Assembly (NCBI GenBank): GCA_025454835.1 | Contig: JALONQ010000001.1 | Location: 392,990-456,989, forward strand | From: Bacteroidota bacterium | GTDB taxonomy: Bacteria; Bacteroidota; Ignavibacteria; UBA10030 | DNA length: 64,000 nt | Direction of reading: 5' to 3' | Shown here: in pieces, positions 30,001-38,668 of the stretch | How the letters are laid out: every line of letters starts with the position of its first letter | How positions within the stretch are numbered: position 1 is the stretch's first letter | Notes under the pieces: generated by a model | The model's database searches: none | What the model was told of the DNA's origin: nothing | What the model saw: only the letters and a program-made list of their open reading frames with translations | Translations under genes and position numbers: made by a program

Positions 30001-30141
30001 GTCGACCACGACGTTTGCACCGATCAGCGGCTCGCCCGATTCTTTGTCCGTCACCAAGCCGCGCAGTTTGCCATCCTGCGCCAGCAAGACGAGCGGCACC
30101 AGCAACAACACGAACAGGGCCAACGCAATCTTGCGAAGCAT
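27025..30141 (-). CDS. SusC/RagA-like TonB-dependent receptor with an N-terminal carboxypeptidase-regulatory-like domain
   Basis: MLRKIALALFVLLLVPLVLLAQDGKLRGLVTDKESGEPLIGANVVV (CarbopepD_reg-like), plug, ~800-aa barrel, C-terminal ...GMKLEL. Confidence 0.85.
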   Translation of the reverse strand: MLRKIALALFVLLLVPLVLLAQDGKLRGLVTDKESGEPLIGANVVVDGTSLGAASDVNGEYVILSVPPGTYTLKASYIGYAPVTISNVRVLSNLTTTQDIQMSSTAVQASEVVITAERPLIQRNTTNTVRVNTQENLASLPVRGLQNIVALEAGVVERNGNLYVRGGRAGEVGYTIDGTNVTNPFFNSSNVNVIQEAIEEVQVQAGGFTAEYGGAMSGLVRTTTRTGGTKYQFTLDAQTDDFAKPGEEFLGTSSRGYRNVVVTAGGPIVSNDIRFFVAGQHNYFRNRQSTFIEPFKFAGLTQDALGSRGPSVEGTLLPFGGDIEYKKNYLYDNSFESNQLQGTLLLDFNPFKVKLTGSYELSSNPNGGGWPGGLANYFRSQSRQVTMPDGSTRVTRRYSTSETTRLLAGARLTHVLSPSTFYEVGVSYQDRFAETFDPEFKGTTFADWLKYPDSLENAKLGYGGWRSRYSTPFAYSAIQQFLFAHEDAPNNAYAKNQQSAIIANVAFTSQINTNWELKAGGQIETWTIRSYNFGNIAGYLKFMDSNEDGIIDRTFANPLEERTFVNNAGVIATVGYDNYGVEVDDGVNAPGEPFLASAYVQNKFEYQDLILNVGVRYELIDPKAVSVPKQLNPATNQFDYQNLDAIWDYTYETFQEDKLTKTDAFQLLLPRISFSFPVTDRTVFYALYGKYAQLPSLNLMYQDNITMSSLLDPLSRVGYNIGGATIGFLIRPERLTQYEIGLRQTLTDNFALTVTGFYKDTRDQIQIARLFNSSGVPMSTAYQNEDFGTQKGVEMTLELRRTNRLAAKVNYTLSDARGTASSNRSSQNSVTDEASSLFPRFVYPLDQNQTHKGSILLDYRWGKGEGGMLEGLGVNLLTTFNSGHNYTKIQEPQNLGQATAWNVGVRALIDSRTRVPVEPVNTSATPWVFNVDMNISKMFYLDFVNLEIYARVLNLFNAKSVLNVYPTTGTPNDDGWLKSPFAVSYKAIPNYEAWYKAVNLANRHAYMSVGGGGGLGQQGGNDLFGSPREIRIGMKLEL

Positions 30142-30530
30142 ACAGAACCTCCTTCTAGTGGAGATTAGATTGAGATGGAGATGGGGTGACTTCGTACAGC
30201 CGTCCCGATCGCATCACGATCAGGACAGTGGTGGTGTGGAAAGCTGTCCCAAGTATTCGTTCCTCGCGTTGCAACTCTGATCCTTCGCGAGGGTCGGCAA
30301 GTGGGCCTCCTTTCAGTCCTGTAATGGAACAATTGTGATATGCGACACGTCCAATGGCCAAAATATAGAACGACTGCCTCGGTTTGTCAAGGGGGTTGTG
30401 AAGAAAACTTCACAAATCCTTCACTCATGGTCTCCTGGCCGTCCCCCCCGATTCCCCCAGCCCCCCAGAAAAGAGAAGACGCGGGAGCACCAGATTCGGG
30501 CTCCCGCGCTCGGTGGTTCGACGCTTGTCT

Positions 30531-32105
30531 CTATAGAGATATCGCCCTGACTTCAAAGACCCCCTCGATACGCCCAACGCGGCCCAAGATCTCGGCCGGT
30601 ATGGGTGTGTCGACGCTGATCACCGTCAAGGCCGTTTGCCCCGGCTTGTCGCGTCCCAAGGCCAGCCCACCGATGTTGATCCCGGCCGCCGCCAGTTCCG
30701 CCCCGACCTTGGCCAGCATTCCTGGCCGGTCGACATTTCGATACAGCAACAAATGCCCTTCGGGATTGACCTCGAGCTTGAAACCGTCGAACTCGACCAG
30801 CCGCACCAAGCCTGTGCCGAAGACCGTGCCGGCAAATGTGCGGCGTTCCTTGTCCGTTTCGACGGTCAACGAGATCTGATTGGTATACGCCGAGCCCCCA
30901 CCTTCATTGCCGAGCTCGAGCACGACCCCCATCTCCTTTGCGAGCAGAGGTGCATTTACCAGGTTGACCTGCTCAGTGCGGTGCGACAGCACGCCCGTCA
31001 GAACCGAAGCCGAAATGGCCTCAGCCGCTTCGCCTGGGACGGAACCCGAAAGCCCGAGGATCAGACGCTTCAATTGACCGGTCATCAGCTGCGCTTGCAG
31101 GCGTCCAAGCCGCTCGCCTAGCGCAAGGTAGGGACGCAGGTCGCTGCGGAACGCGTACCGAACCGCCTCGCCGTTGACGGCGCCCGCGATGCCCCGCTGC
31201 TTGAGCACGTCGGCGAGCTGCTGGCCGATCTGCTTCGCCACCTTTTCCTGCGCTTCCTCGGTCGACGCTCCGAGGTGCGGCGTCGCCACGACATGCGGAT
31301 GCTTGAAGAGGGGCGAATCGCCAGGCGGCTCCTTGACGAAAACGTCAGCCGCATAACCGGCGACATGGCCATGCTCCAAGTACTTCAAGACGGCCGTCTC
31401 ATCGACGATGCCACCGCGCGCGCAGTTGACGATGCGCACACCCGGCTTGCATTTCGGGAGCGTCGTCTCACCGAGCAGATTCCTCGTTTCGTCGTTCAAC
31501 GGCGTGTGGACCGTGATGATGTCCGACCGCTGATAAATGACGTCGAGCGACACGAGCTCGATATTCTCGCGCGCCGCCACTTCAGCGGCCAAGATGGGGT
31601 CGTAGCCGATGACGTGCATGCCGAACGCCCGGCATCGAACGGCGACCTCGCGGCCCACTTTGCCGAGGCCGACGACGCCGACGGTCTTGCCGAACAACTC
31701 CGTGCCCGTGTACTTCTTGCGGTCCCACTTCCCGGCTTTGAGCGAATCGTTGGCCTGGGGAATGTTGCGGGCCATCGACAGGAGCAGCGACATCGTGTGC
31801 TCGGCGGTCGAGACCGTGTTGCCGCCGGGCGTATTCATGACGATGACGCCGCGGCGCGTGGCCGCCTCGACGTTGATATTGTCCACGCCCGCCCCGGCTC
31901 GGCCGATCGCCTTGAGCCGTGTTCCGGCGGCGATGATGTCGGCGGTGACCTGTGTTCCGCTGCGCACGACGAGCCCATCATAGTCGCCGATGATCGCTTT
32001 CAGGTCGTCGGGCTTGATGCCCGGCTTGTTGTCGACGGTGAAGCCTTCGGCGGTCAGGATGTCCGTGCACACCTGCTCGACCGGGTCGCTGATCAGGATC
32101 TTCAT
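30531..32105 (-). CDS. serA: D-3-phosphoglycerate dehydrogenase with a C-terminal ACT domain
   Basis: 2-hydroxyacid dehydrogenase motifs (GRAGAGVDNINVEAATRRGV, GLGKVGREVA), ~524 aa with a regulatory tail. Confidence 0.9.
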   Translation of the reverse strand: MKILISDPVEQVCTDILTAEGFTVDNKPGIKPDDLKAIIGDYDGLVVRSGTQVTADIIAAGTRLKAIGRAGAGVDNINVEAATRRGVIVMNTPGGNTVSTAEHTMSLLLSMARNIPQANDSLKAGKWDRKKYTGTELFGKTVGVVGLGKVGREVAVRCRAFGMHVIGYDPILAAEVAARENIELVSLDVIYQRSDIITVHTPLNDETRNLLGETTLPKCKPGVRIVNCARGGIVDETAVLKYLEHGHVAGYAADVFVKEPPGDSPLFKHPHVVATPHLGASTEEAQEKVAKQIGQQLADVLKQRGIAGAVNGEAVRYAFRSDLRPYLALGERLGRLQAQLMTGQLKRLILGLSGSVPGEAAEAISASVLTGVLSHRTEQVNLVNAPLLAKEMGVVLELGNEGGGSAYTNQISLTVETDKERRTFAGTVFGTGLVRLVEFDGFKLEVNPEGHLLLYRNVDRPGMLAKVGAELAAAGINIGGLALGRDKPGQTALTVISVDTPIPAEILGRVGRIEGVFEVRAISL

Positions 32106-32237
32106 GGATTCTTCCTTTCAGTCAATAAGTCGAACCGCCATGGCGCCAAGTCCGGGGGATGCGGATATCAACATCTCGTTCTGACTTGGCGTCTTGGCGG
32201 TTGTGGATCGCCTCCGGCACGCCGGAGAACAGGAGTC

Positions 32238-33371
32238 TCACATCAGCTGCTGCATCACCGTCCCCACGCCCTTCCCCAGCTCGACCTTGTAGCCGCACTC
32301 GGCCAGCGACCACTCGATCGCCGCCATGACCGTGACCATATCGAGGGCGTCGTAGTAGCCCAGGTGCGACACGCGGAAGATCTTCCCCGTGTAGTCGTCT
32401 TGGCCCCCCGCGATCGTAATGCCGTGCTTCCCCTTGATGATCTTGTTGAACGCCTTCCACTCGACCCCCTCGGGTACCCAGACGGGCGTGACGGCGTACG
32501 ACGGCGTCTCGGAGAACAACTTGAGGCCGATCGCTTGAACGCCCATCCGCAGGGCCGTCGCCAGCTTCCGGTGACGCTCCCAGATCTTTTCGATGCCTTC
32601 CTGGCGGAGCATCTGGAGGGCTGCATCGACGCCGATGACGAGACTGACCGCAGGCGTCCACGGCGTATCGTTCTTCTCCCACGCCTTGACCGCCTTGCGG
32701 AGGTCGAAGTAGAACCTCGGAAGCTTGGCGGTCTCCATGGCCGCGATCGCGCGCTGACTGAGCGCCACGAACGCCAGGCCGGGCGGGATCATGAGACCTT
32801 TCTGCGAACCGGTCACGCACACGTCGATGCCCCAGTCGTCGAACCGCATCTCGTGCGCTCCGACGGCCGTGATGCCGTCGACGCAGACAAGGGCACCCGA
32901 TTCCTTGCGGATGACCTCGGAGAGGGTCTTCACGTCCGTCGCGGCTCCGGTCGATGTCTCGGAATGGACGAGGTAGACCGCCTTGGTCTCAGGGTGCTTC
33001 TTCAGGAGTTCGCGGATCTGGTCGGCGGTCGGCGCCTTGCCCCATTCGACCTTGAGCTCGACAACGTTCAGGCCGAACGCCTTGGGCATCTTGACCCAAC
33101 GTTCGCCGAACTTGCCGCCGTTCGCGGCGATGATCGTATCGCCCGGAGAGAAGAGGCTGGTGAAGGTCGCCTCAACGCCGCCGGTGCCGGAACTCGTCAG
33201 GACGACCACGGGTCCCTTGGTCTGGAAGAGATACTGGAGGTTCTCGTGGACCCGCGTGAGGATCTCTCCGAACTCCGGATTGCGGTGGTGGATGATGGGC
33301 TCCGCCATGCGGAGCATGACGCTCTCGGGGATCGGCGTCGGGCCCGGGGTGAAGAGTCGTTTCTTGATCAT
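32238..33371 (-). CDS. Class V (AGXT-family) aminotransferase, likely phosphoserine/serine-pyruvate aminotransferase
   Basis: PLP fold type I, class V motifs (TGSQKGL Lys region); adjacent to serA. Start moved to ATG 33371 (MIKKRLFTPGPTP). Confidence 0.8.
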   Translation of the reverse strand: MIKKRLFTPGPTPIPESVMLRMAEPIIHHRNPEFGEILTRVHENLQYLFQTKGPVVVLTSSGTGGVEATFTSLFSPGDTIIAANGGKFGERWVKMPKAFGLNVVELKVEWGKAPTADQIRELLKKHPETKAVYLVHSETSTGAATDVKTLSEVIRKESGALVCVDGITAVGAHEMRFDDWGIDVCVTGSQKGLMIPPGLAFVALSQRAIAAMETAKLPRFYFDLRKAVKAWEKNDTPWTPAVSLVIGVDAALQMLRQEGIEKIWERHRKLATALRMGVQAIGLKLFSETPSYAVTPVWVPEGVEWKAFNKIIKGKHGITIAGGQDDYTGKIFRVSHLGYYDALDMVTVMAAIEWSLAECGYKVELGKGVGTVMQQLM

Positions 33372-33493
33372 GTCGTGCTCAGGCTGAGAGGTGGCGAGAG
33401 AGTTAGGTACCACGCTCGAAATATATGGAGCGGTCAGGCCAGAAGCCACGTCGGGCGCTCGCCGGCATGCGAGGGGGGGGCATGAACGACGAA

Positions 33494-33516
33494 GGGCATC
33501 GATCGTCTCGATGCCC
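33494..33516 (-). terminator. Candidate hairpin terminator downstream of engB
   Basis: Minus-strand RNA GGGCAUCGAgacgaUCGAUGCCC followed by UUCGUCGUU; weak U-tract. Confidence 0.3.
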
Positions 33517-33541
33517 CTCGGAACCACGATATGAAGCGGGT

Positions 33542-34171
33542 TCAGACCGCCTTTTTCTTCGCTTGCGGACGCTCGGAGAGGTGCTCTTCGATGATCTTCA
33601 GCACGTCGACCCGGCCCTCGGCCTTGAGGATGGAGAAGGGCACGACGCCGTGGCAGCAGCCTTCGGTCAACTGGCCGTGGAAGCGCTCCCGGTACGCCTC
33701 GACCGTCTTCCCCAGCTTGCTGAAGGGCAGCTTGTCCGACTTGGTCAGGACGAGGAGGTAGGGAACCTCATAGTACTCGAGCCAGTCCATCATCATCAGG
33801 TCCAACGGGGTCGGCTCCTGCCGGGCGTCGATGAGCTGCATCGCGAGGGCGATGGGCTCGCCGCGCTGGAGGAACTCCTCGATGAGCTTCTTCCATCCGG
33901 CGCGCATCTGCTCCGGGACCTTGGCGTAGCCGTAGCCCGGCAGGTCGACGAAGTAGAATCCGTTGTTGACGATGTAGTAGTTGATCTCGCGCGTCTTGCC
34001 CGGCGTCGAGCTGGACCGGGCCAGGTTCTTCTTGTTGCACAGCTTGTTGAGGAGCGACGACTTGCCGACGTTGGACCGTCCGATGAAGACGATCTCCCGC
34101 AGCTCGTTCTTCGGCAGCTGTCGCAGGTCAGCCACTCCCTGCAAAAACTCTGCGGATGTGATCTTCAGCAT
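33542..34171 (-). CDS. engB: Ribosome-biogenesis GTPase EngB/YihA
   Basis: G1 GRSNVGKSSLLN, G3 DLPGYG, TKSDK; start moved to ATG 34171 (MLKITSAEF); the track start at 34195 is GTG. Confidence 0.85.
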   Translation of the reverse strand: MLKITSAEFLQGVADLRQLPKNELREIVFIGRSNVGKSSLLNKLCNKKNLARSSSTPGKTREINYYIVNNGFYFVDLPGYGYAKVPEQMRAGWKKLIEEFLQRGEPIALAMQLIDARQEPTPLDLMMMDWLEYYEVPYLLVLTKSDKLPFSKLGKTVEAYRERFHGQLTEGCCHGVVPFSILKAEGRVDVLKIIEEHLSERPQAKKKAV

Positions 34172-34252
34172 GGGTATTCCTCGTCGTGTCGACACATTCT
34201 CCGTCGGCCCTTGCGCTCTCGGGGGCCGATCACGGTCCGTCCGGGCACAGCC

Positions 34253-34792
34253 TTAGGCGCTGGCGGACGGCGTTTCGGCGGGGGCCTCCGCCGATTCCTT
34301 CCCCTGCTTCTTCGGTGCTGTCTTCCTCGCGCCGGCCGACTTCTTCTTCGTGCCCTTCGCGTCTTTTTTCGCGGCCGGCTTCGCTGCAGGCTTCTCCGCA
34401 CCGAGCTGGAAGTCGACGAGTTCGATCACGGCCATCTCGGCTCCGTCGCCCGGGCGGCGTCCGAGCTTCACGACGCGCGTGTAGCCGCCGGGCCGTGATG
34501 CGACCTTTGGAGCGATGTCCTTGTACAGCGCCGTGACGGCATCGCGGTCCCGGAGAAAGGCGAACGTGACGCGGCGCGCATGGACGTTCTTCGGACCGTC
34601 CGCCGTCTCGCCAGACACGGCGTTCTTGGCCCTCGTGATCACGGGCTCGACGACGAGGCGAAGTTCTTTCGCCTTGGCAAGCGTGGTCTTGATACGCTTG
34701 TGCGTAATGAGCGCGACGCTGAGCGCCGAGAGGGTGGCCCGCCGATGGCTCGCGGTGCGCTTGAGTTTACGTCCGGACTTTTGGTGACGCAT
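34253..34792 (-). CDS. rplQ: 50S ribosomal protein L17 with a ~60-aa Ala/Lys/Pro-rich C-terminal extension
   Basis: MRHQKSGRKLKRTASHRRA...GYTRV; gene order after rpoA. Confidence 0.9.
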   Translation of the reverse strand: MRHQKSGRKLKRTASHRRATLSALSVALITHKRIKTTLAKAKELRLVVEPVITRAKNAVSGETADGPKNVHARRVTFAFLRDRDAVTALYKDIAPKVASRPGGYTRVVKLGRRPGDGAEMAVIELVDFQLGAEKPAAKPAAKKDAKGTKKKSAGARKTAPKKQGKESAEAPAETPSASA

Positions 34793-34816
34793 ACGGATCT
34801 TTGTTGAGGATACGAG

Positions 34817-35806
34817 TTAGTCGTTGCCGTCGTTGAGGTACTTGTCGACGTCCATACCGAACGTCAGGCCGTACTGCTCGACGATCTCGGAAAGCTCGGC
34901 GAGGGACTTGCGGCCGAAGTTGCGGAATTTCAACAGCTCCGACTCGGTCCGGCGGACAAGATCGGACATGGTCTTGATGTTCGCCGACCGCAGACAGTTG
35001 TGCGACCGGACGGAGAGTTCGAGCTCGTCGACGGACATTCGTAGAAGCTTGCGGATGTGACCGGCCTCGGCCTCTTCGGCTGAATCCGCCTTTTCCGCCG
35101 CCGGCTCCTGGCCGATGTTAATGAAGAGCTGGATATGGTCGCGCAGGATCTTGCCCGCGTGCGTCAGCGCTTCCTGAGGATGGATCGAACCGTCGGTCTC
35201 GATCTCGATCGTCAACTTCTCAAAGTCGGTCTGGCCGCCGACGCGAGTGGGCTCGACGGTGAAGCGCACGTTCCGGATGGGCGTGAAGATCGAGTCGATC
35301 GCAATGGTGCCGAGCGGCTCCTCCGGCGACTTGTTTTCCTCCGCCGGCACGTAGCCCTTGCCGCGGCCGAGTTTGATCTCGAGCTCGAACGCCGCGTCCT
35401 TGCCGAGGTGGGCAAGAACGAGGTCAGGGTTGAGGATCTCAACCTCCGGAGACGCCTTCTGGATGTGCCCGGCGGTGAGCGGGCCGGCCCCCTTTACGGG
35501 CACCGTGATCTTGCCGACCTTCTTGTTCGTGGCGCGAAGTCGGACCTGCTTCAGGTTCAGGATGAAGTCTGCGACGTCCTCGACCATGCCTTTGATGGTC
35601 GAAAACTCATGCTGGATCCCGTCGATCCGGATGGCGGTGATGGCCGACCCGGGGAGCGACGACAGGAGGACGCGGCGCAGGGAATTGCCGATGGTGACGC
35701 CGAATCCTTTGTCGAGCGGCTGCAGGACGAAACGGCCGAACGACGCGGATGCCGACGCGGCATCCAATTCCACTTTTTCTGGCATCTGGACAAGTGTTGT
35801 GCTCAT
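34817..35806 (-). CDS. rpoA: DNA-directed RNA polymerase alpha subunit
   Basis: 329 aa; N-terminal dimerisation domain and alpha-CTD motifs; operon position. Confidence 0.95.
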   Translation of the reverse strand: MSTTLVQMPEKVELDAASASASFGRFVLQPLDKGFGVTIGNSLRRVLLSSLPGSAITAIRIDGIQHEFSTIKGMVEDVADFILNLKQVRLRATNKKVGKITVPVKGAGPLTAGHIQKASPEVEILNPDLVLAHLGKDAAFELEIKLGRGKGYVPAEENKSPEEPLGTIAIDSIFTPIRNVRFTVEPTRVGGQTDFEKLTIEIETDGSIHPQEALTHAGKILRDHIQLFINIGQEPAAEKADSAEEAEAGHIRKLLRMSVDELELSVRSHNCLRSANIKTMSDLVRRTESELLKFRNFGRKSLAELSEIVEQYGLTFGMDVDKYLNDGND

Positions 35807-35872
35807 AGGAGGTCTGCGGTCCTCTGGGTGCCTGGACCCGGCTGCGCGGTCGCCGCGCGGCCGGCACTGACG

Positions 35873-36502
35873 TTACTTCGAGTACAACTCGACGACAAGC
35901 TGTTCGTTGGCGGTGAGCGGGATGTCCGCCCGTTCCGGGATATTGAGGAACGTGCCCGACAAGTTCGCCTTGTCGAGGCTCAGCCACGGCGACAGCGCGT
36001 TGTCCTTCATCCGCTTCAGCGAGCTGTGGATGAGGTCAAGCTTCTTGCTGTGCTCGCGCACCTGAATGACGTCGCCGGCCTTCAGCAGGTACGACGGAAC
36101 GTTGACGATCTGGCCGTTCACCGTGAAGTGGCGGTGCAGGACGAGCTGGCGCGCCGACTTTCGCGACGGGGCAAGCCCCAGGCGGTAGACGACATTGTCG
36201 AAGCGACGCTCGAGGATCTTCACGAGCGCATCGCCCGTACGGCCGGTCGCCCGCGTCGCCCGCTCAAAGTAGTTGCGGAACTGGGTCTCCTGCACGCCGT
36301 AGATCCGACGCACTTTCTGTTTCTCGCGCAGCTGCACCCCGTACTCCGAGATGCGCTGACGGCGCGATTGGCCGTGCTGTCCCGGCGGGTAGGCGCGCTT
36401 GTCCAACGGGCATTTTTCGGTGTAGCACTTCGTGCCCTTGAGGAAGAGCTTCTGCCGTTCCCGGCGGCACAACTTGCAACTGGCGTCCGTATACCGTGCC
36501 AT
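35873..36502 (-). CDS. rpsD: 30S ribosomal protein S4
   Basis: MARYTDASCKLCRRE...; conserved S4 sequence and gene order. Confidence 0.95.
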   Translation of the reverse strand: MARYTDASCKLCRRERQKLFLKGTKCYTEKCPLDKRAYPPGQHGQSRRQRISEYGVQLREKQKVRRIYGVQETQFRNYFERATRATGRTGDALVKILERRFDNVVYRLGLAPSRKSARQLVLHRHFTVNGQIVNVPSYLLKAGDVIQVREHSKKLDLIHSSLKRMKDNALSPWLSLDKANLSGTFLNIPERADIPLTANEQLVVELYSK

Positions 36503-36523
36503 ACGTCTCCTGTCGACCTTCGA

Positions 36524-36922
36524 TTAGACCCGACGCCGCTTCGGTGCGCGGCAGCCGTTGTGCGGAATGGGTGTGATGTCGCGGATCAGCGTGACCTCGA
36601 GGCCCGCCGTCTGTAGCGACCGGACAGCGGCTTCGCGCCCGCCACCGGGGCCCTTGATGAAGACCTCCACTTTGCGCAGACCGAGGTCGTACGCTTCTTT
36701 CGCGGCCGCTTCGCCCGCGACCTGGGCGGCGAACGGCGTGCTTTTTCGGGAACCCTTGAAACCGTTCTTCCCGGAAGTTGACCACGCAATCACGTTGCCG
36801 TACGTGTCGGTCAGCGTGATGATGGTATTGTTGAAGGTCGCCTTGACGAACGCCTTGCCGCTGGCATCGACGTGGACCTTCTTCTTTTTCTTGGTAACGG
36901 GTGCGCTGGTGGTCTTGGCCAC
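36524..36922 (-). CDS. rpsK: 30S ribosomal protein S11
   Basis: Conserved S11 sequence ([18 protein letters not shown]-like), gene order. Confidence 0.95.
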   Translation of the reverse strand: MAKTTSAPVTKKKKKVHVDASGKAFVKATFNNTIITLTDTYGNVIAWSTSGKNGFKGSRKSTPFAAQVAGEAAAKEAYDLGLRKVEVFIKGPGGGREAAVRSLQTAGLEVTLIRDITPIPHNGCRAPKRRRV

Positions 36923-36964
36923 AAATGATCTCCTGATTGTCCGGACGCTCGGTGAAGTATCCGG

Positions 36965-37345
36965 TTACTTCTTCTCTGCCTTCTTCTTGCCGGCCACGGT
37001 CTTCCGCTTCCCCTTGCGGGTACGGGAGTTTGTGCGCGTTCGCTGACCCCGCGTCGGGAGCCCTTTCCGGTGCCGGAGCCCGCGGTAGCAGCCGATATCC
37101 ATCAGACGCTTGATGTTCAGCTGCGTCTCGCTGCGCAGCGCGCCCTCGACCTTGTAGTCGTTCTGAATGATGGCGCGGATCGTCGCCACTTCCTCGTCCG
37201 AAAGGTCGGCCACCTTCTTTCCGGGGGTCACCTTCGACTTCTTGAGGATCTCGAGCGCCGTCGAGCGGCCGATACCGTAAATGTAGGTCAGGCCGATCTC
37301 GGCCCGCTTGTTCTTCGGAAGATCCACGCCTGCGATTCGTGCCAC
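36965..37345 (-). CDS. rpsM: 30S ribosomal protein S13
   Basis: [14 protein letters not shown]...; gene order. Confidence 0.95.
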   Translation of the reverse strand: MARIAGVDLPKNKRAEIGLTYIYGIGRSTALEILKKSKVTPGKKVADLSDEEVATIRAIIQNDYKVEGALRSETQLNIKRLMDIGCYRGLRHRKGLPTRGQRTRTNSRTRKGKRKTVAGKKKAEKK

Positions 37346-37360
37346 AGAGCCACTCCTCGA

Positions 37361-37474
37361 TTAACCTTGACGTTGCTTGTGCTTGGGGTTCTTGCAGATG
37401 ACCTTGACGACCCCTTTGCGACGGATGATCTTGCAGTTCTCGCAGATCTTCCGGACGGACGAACGGACTTTCAT
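37361..37474 (-). CDS. rpmJ: 50S ribosomal protein L36 (37 aa; below the track's size cut-off)
   Basis: Manual translation [37 protein letters not shown]; lies between infA and rpsM. Confidence 0.9.
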   Translation of the reverse strand: MKVRSSVRKICENCKIIRRKGVVKVICKNPKHKQRQG

Positions 37475-37594
37475 GCCTTGCCTCTATTCACGATTCTCTG
37501 ACGCCATCTCAGGGATGTTGCTCGCGGCGTTCGCAGCGTCAGCAGCGACCGCAACGTTGGTTGTAAGATTGATCTCCTGTCGCTGCGAGCGCCG

Positions 37595-37813
37595 CTACTT
37601 GTACCGATACGTGATCCGCCCCTTGGTCAGATCGTAGGGCGACATCTCTACCGTGACGCGGTCTCCGACGAGGATCTTGATGTAGTGCATGCGCATTTTG
37701 CCGGAAATGTGCGCCAAGATCTCGACCCCATTGTCCAACTTCACGCGAAACGTTGCGTTCGGCAACGTGTCCGTGATGACTCCATCCAGCTTGATCGGTC
37801 CTTGTTTGGCCAC
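37595..37813 (-). CDS. infA: Translation initiation factor IF-1
   Basis: [29 protein letters not shown]...; S1-like fold, 72 aa. Confidence 0.95.
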   Translation of the reverse strand: MAKQGPIKLDGVITDTLPNATFRVKLDNGVEILAHISGKMRMHYIKILVGDRVTVEMSPYDLTKGRITYRYK

Positions 37814-37902
37814 GTTCTTTGTGAGTTCAGTGACCGCAGTTGAAGATCGCTGCTCGGGAGTCGTCCCGGGCCTGCGGCTGTACCTTCTTGCGGCTCAGGC
37901 AG

Positions 37903-38658
37903 TCAGAGCGTCAGGATCTCCGGACGCCCGTTTACCAGTGCCACCGTATGTTCAAAATGCGCGGACGGTTTGCCGTCCTTCGTGACCACCGTCCAACCGT
38001 CGTCGAGCACCCGCACCTGCCACCCGCCGGCGTTCACCATGGGTTCGATCGCCAGCGTCATGCCGTCAACCAACGCGGCCCCCGTTCCCTTCTTGCCGAA
38101 GTTCGGAACGCTCGGTTCTTCATGCAGTTCCTTGCCGACGCCGTGCCCGCACAGGTCCCGCACGACCGAGAACCCGGCCCCTTCGACGTGAACCTGGACG
38201 GCGGACGAGATGTCATGCACCCGGTTGCCCGCGAGCATCACCTCGATCCCCCGCTCCAGCGATTCTTCCGTCACCCGCAACAGTCGCTGGGTCTCCGCGT
38301 TGACCGTGCCGACCGCGAAGGTCTTCGCCGCATCGCCATACCACCCGTCTTTGAGGACCCCCACATCGATCGAAACAATATCGCCGTCGTTGAGCACCCG
38401 CCGGCCCGGTATGCCGTGCACCACTTCTTCGTTCACCGACGTGCAGAGCGTGGCCGGGAACGGATTGTCGGCGGAACCGTAGCCTTTGAAGGCCGGGACC
38501 CCTCCGCGAACGCGGATGAACTGTTCCGCCGCTGCGTCCAATTCCCCCGTCGTCACGCCGGCACGCACCTGCTGCCCGACCAGTCGAAGCACTTCGCCGA
38601 CGATGCGGCACGACTCCCGCATCCGGTCCAACTCTCGCGCGCTCTTCGTCCTTGCCAT
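37903..38658 (-). CDS. map: Methionine aminopeptidase type I
   Basis: Pita-bread fold metal-ligand motifs (CHGIP, GHGVG, EPM); follows secY directly (no adk). Confidence 0.9.
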   Translation of the reverse strand: MARTKSARELDRMRESCRIVGEVLRLVGQQVRAGVTTGELDAAAEQFIRVRGGVPAFKGYGSADNPFPATLCTSVNEEVVHGIPGRRVLNDGDIVSIDVGVLKDGWYGDAAKTFAVGTVNAETQRLLRVTEESLERGIEVMLAGNRVHDISSAVQVHVEGAGFSVVRDLCGHGVGKELHEEPSVPNFGKKGTGAALVDGMTLAIEPMVNAGGWQVRVLDDGWTVVTKDGKPSAHFEHTVALVNGRPEILTL

Positions 38659-38668
38659 CCCGTCCGGT

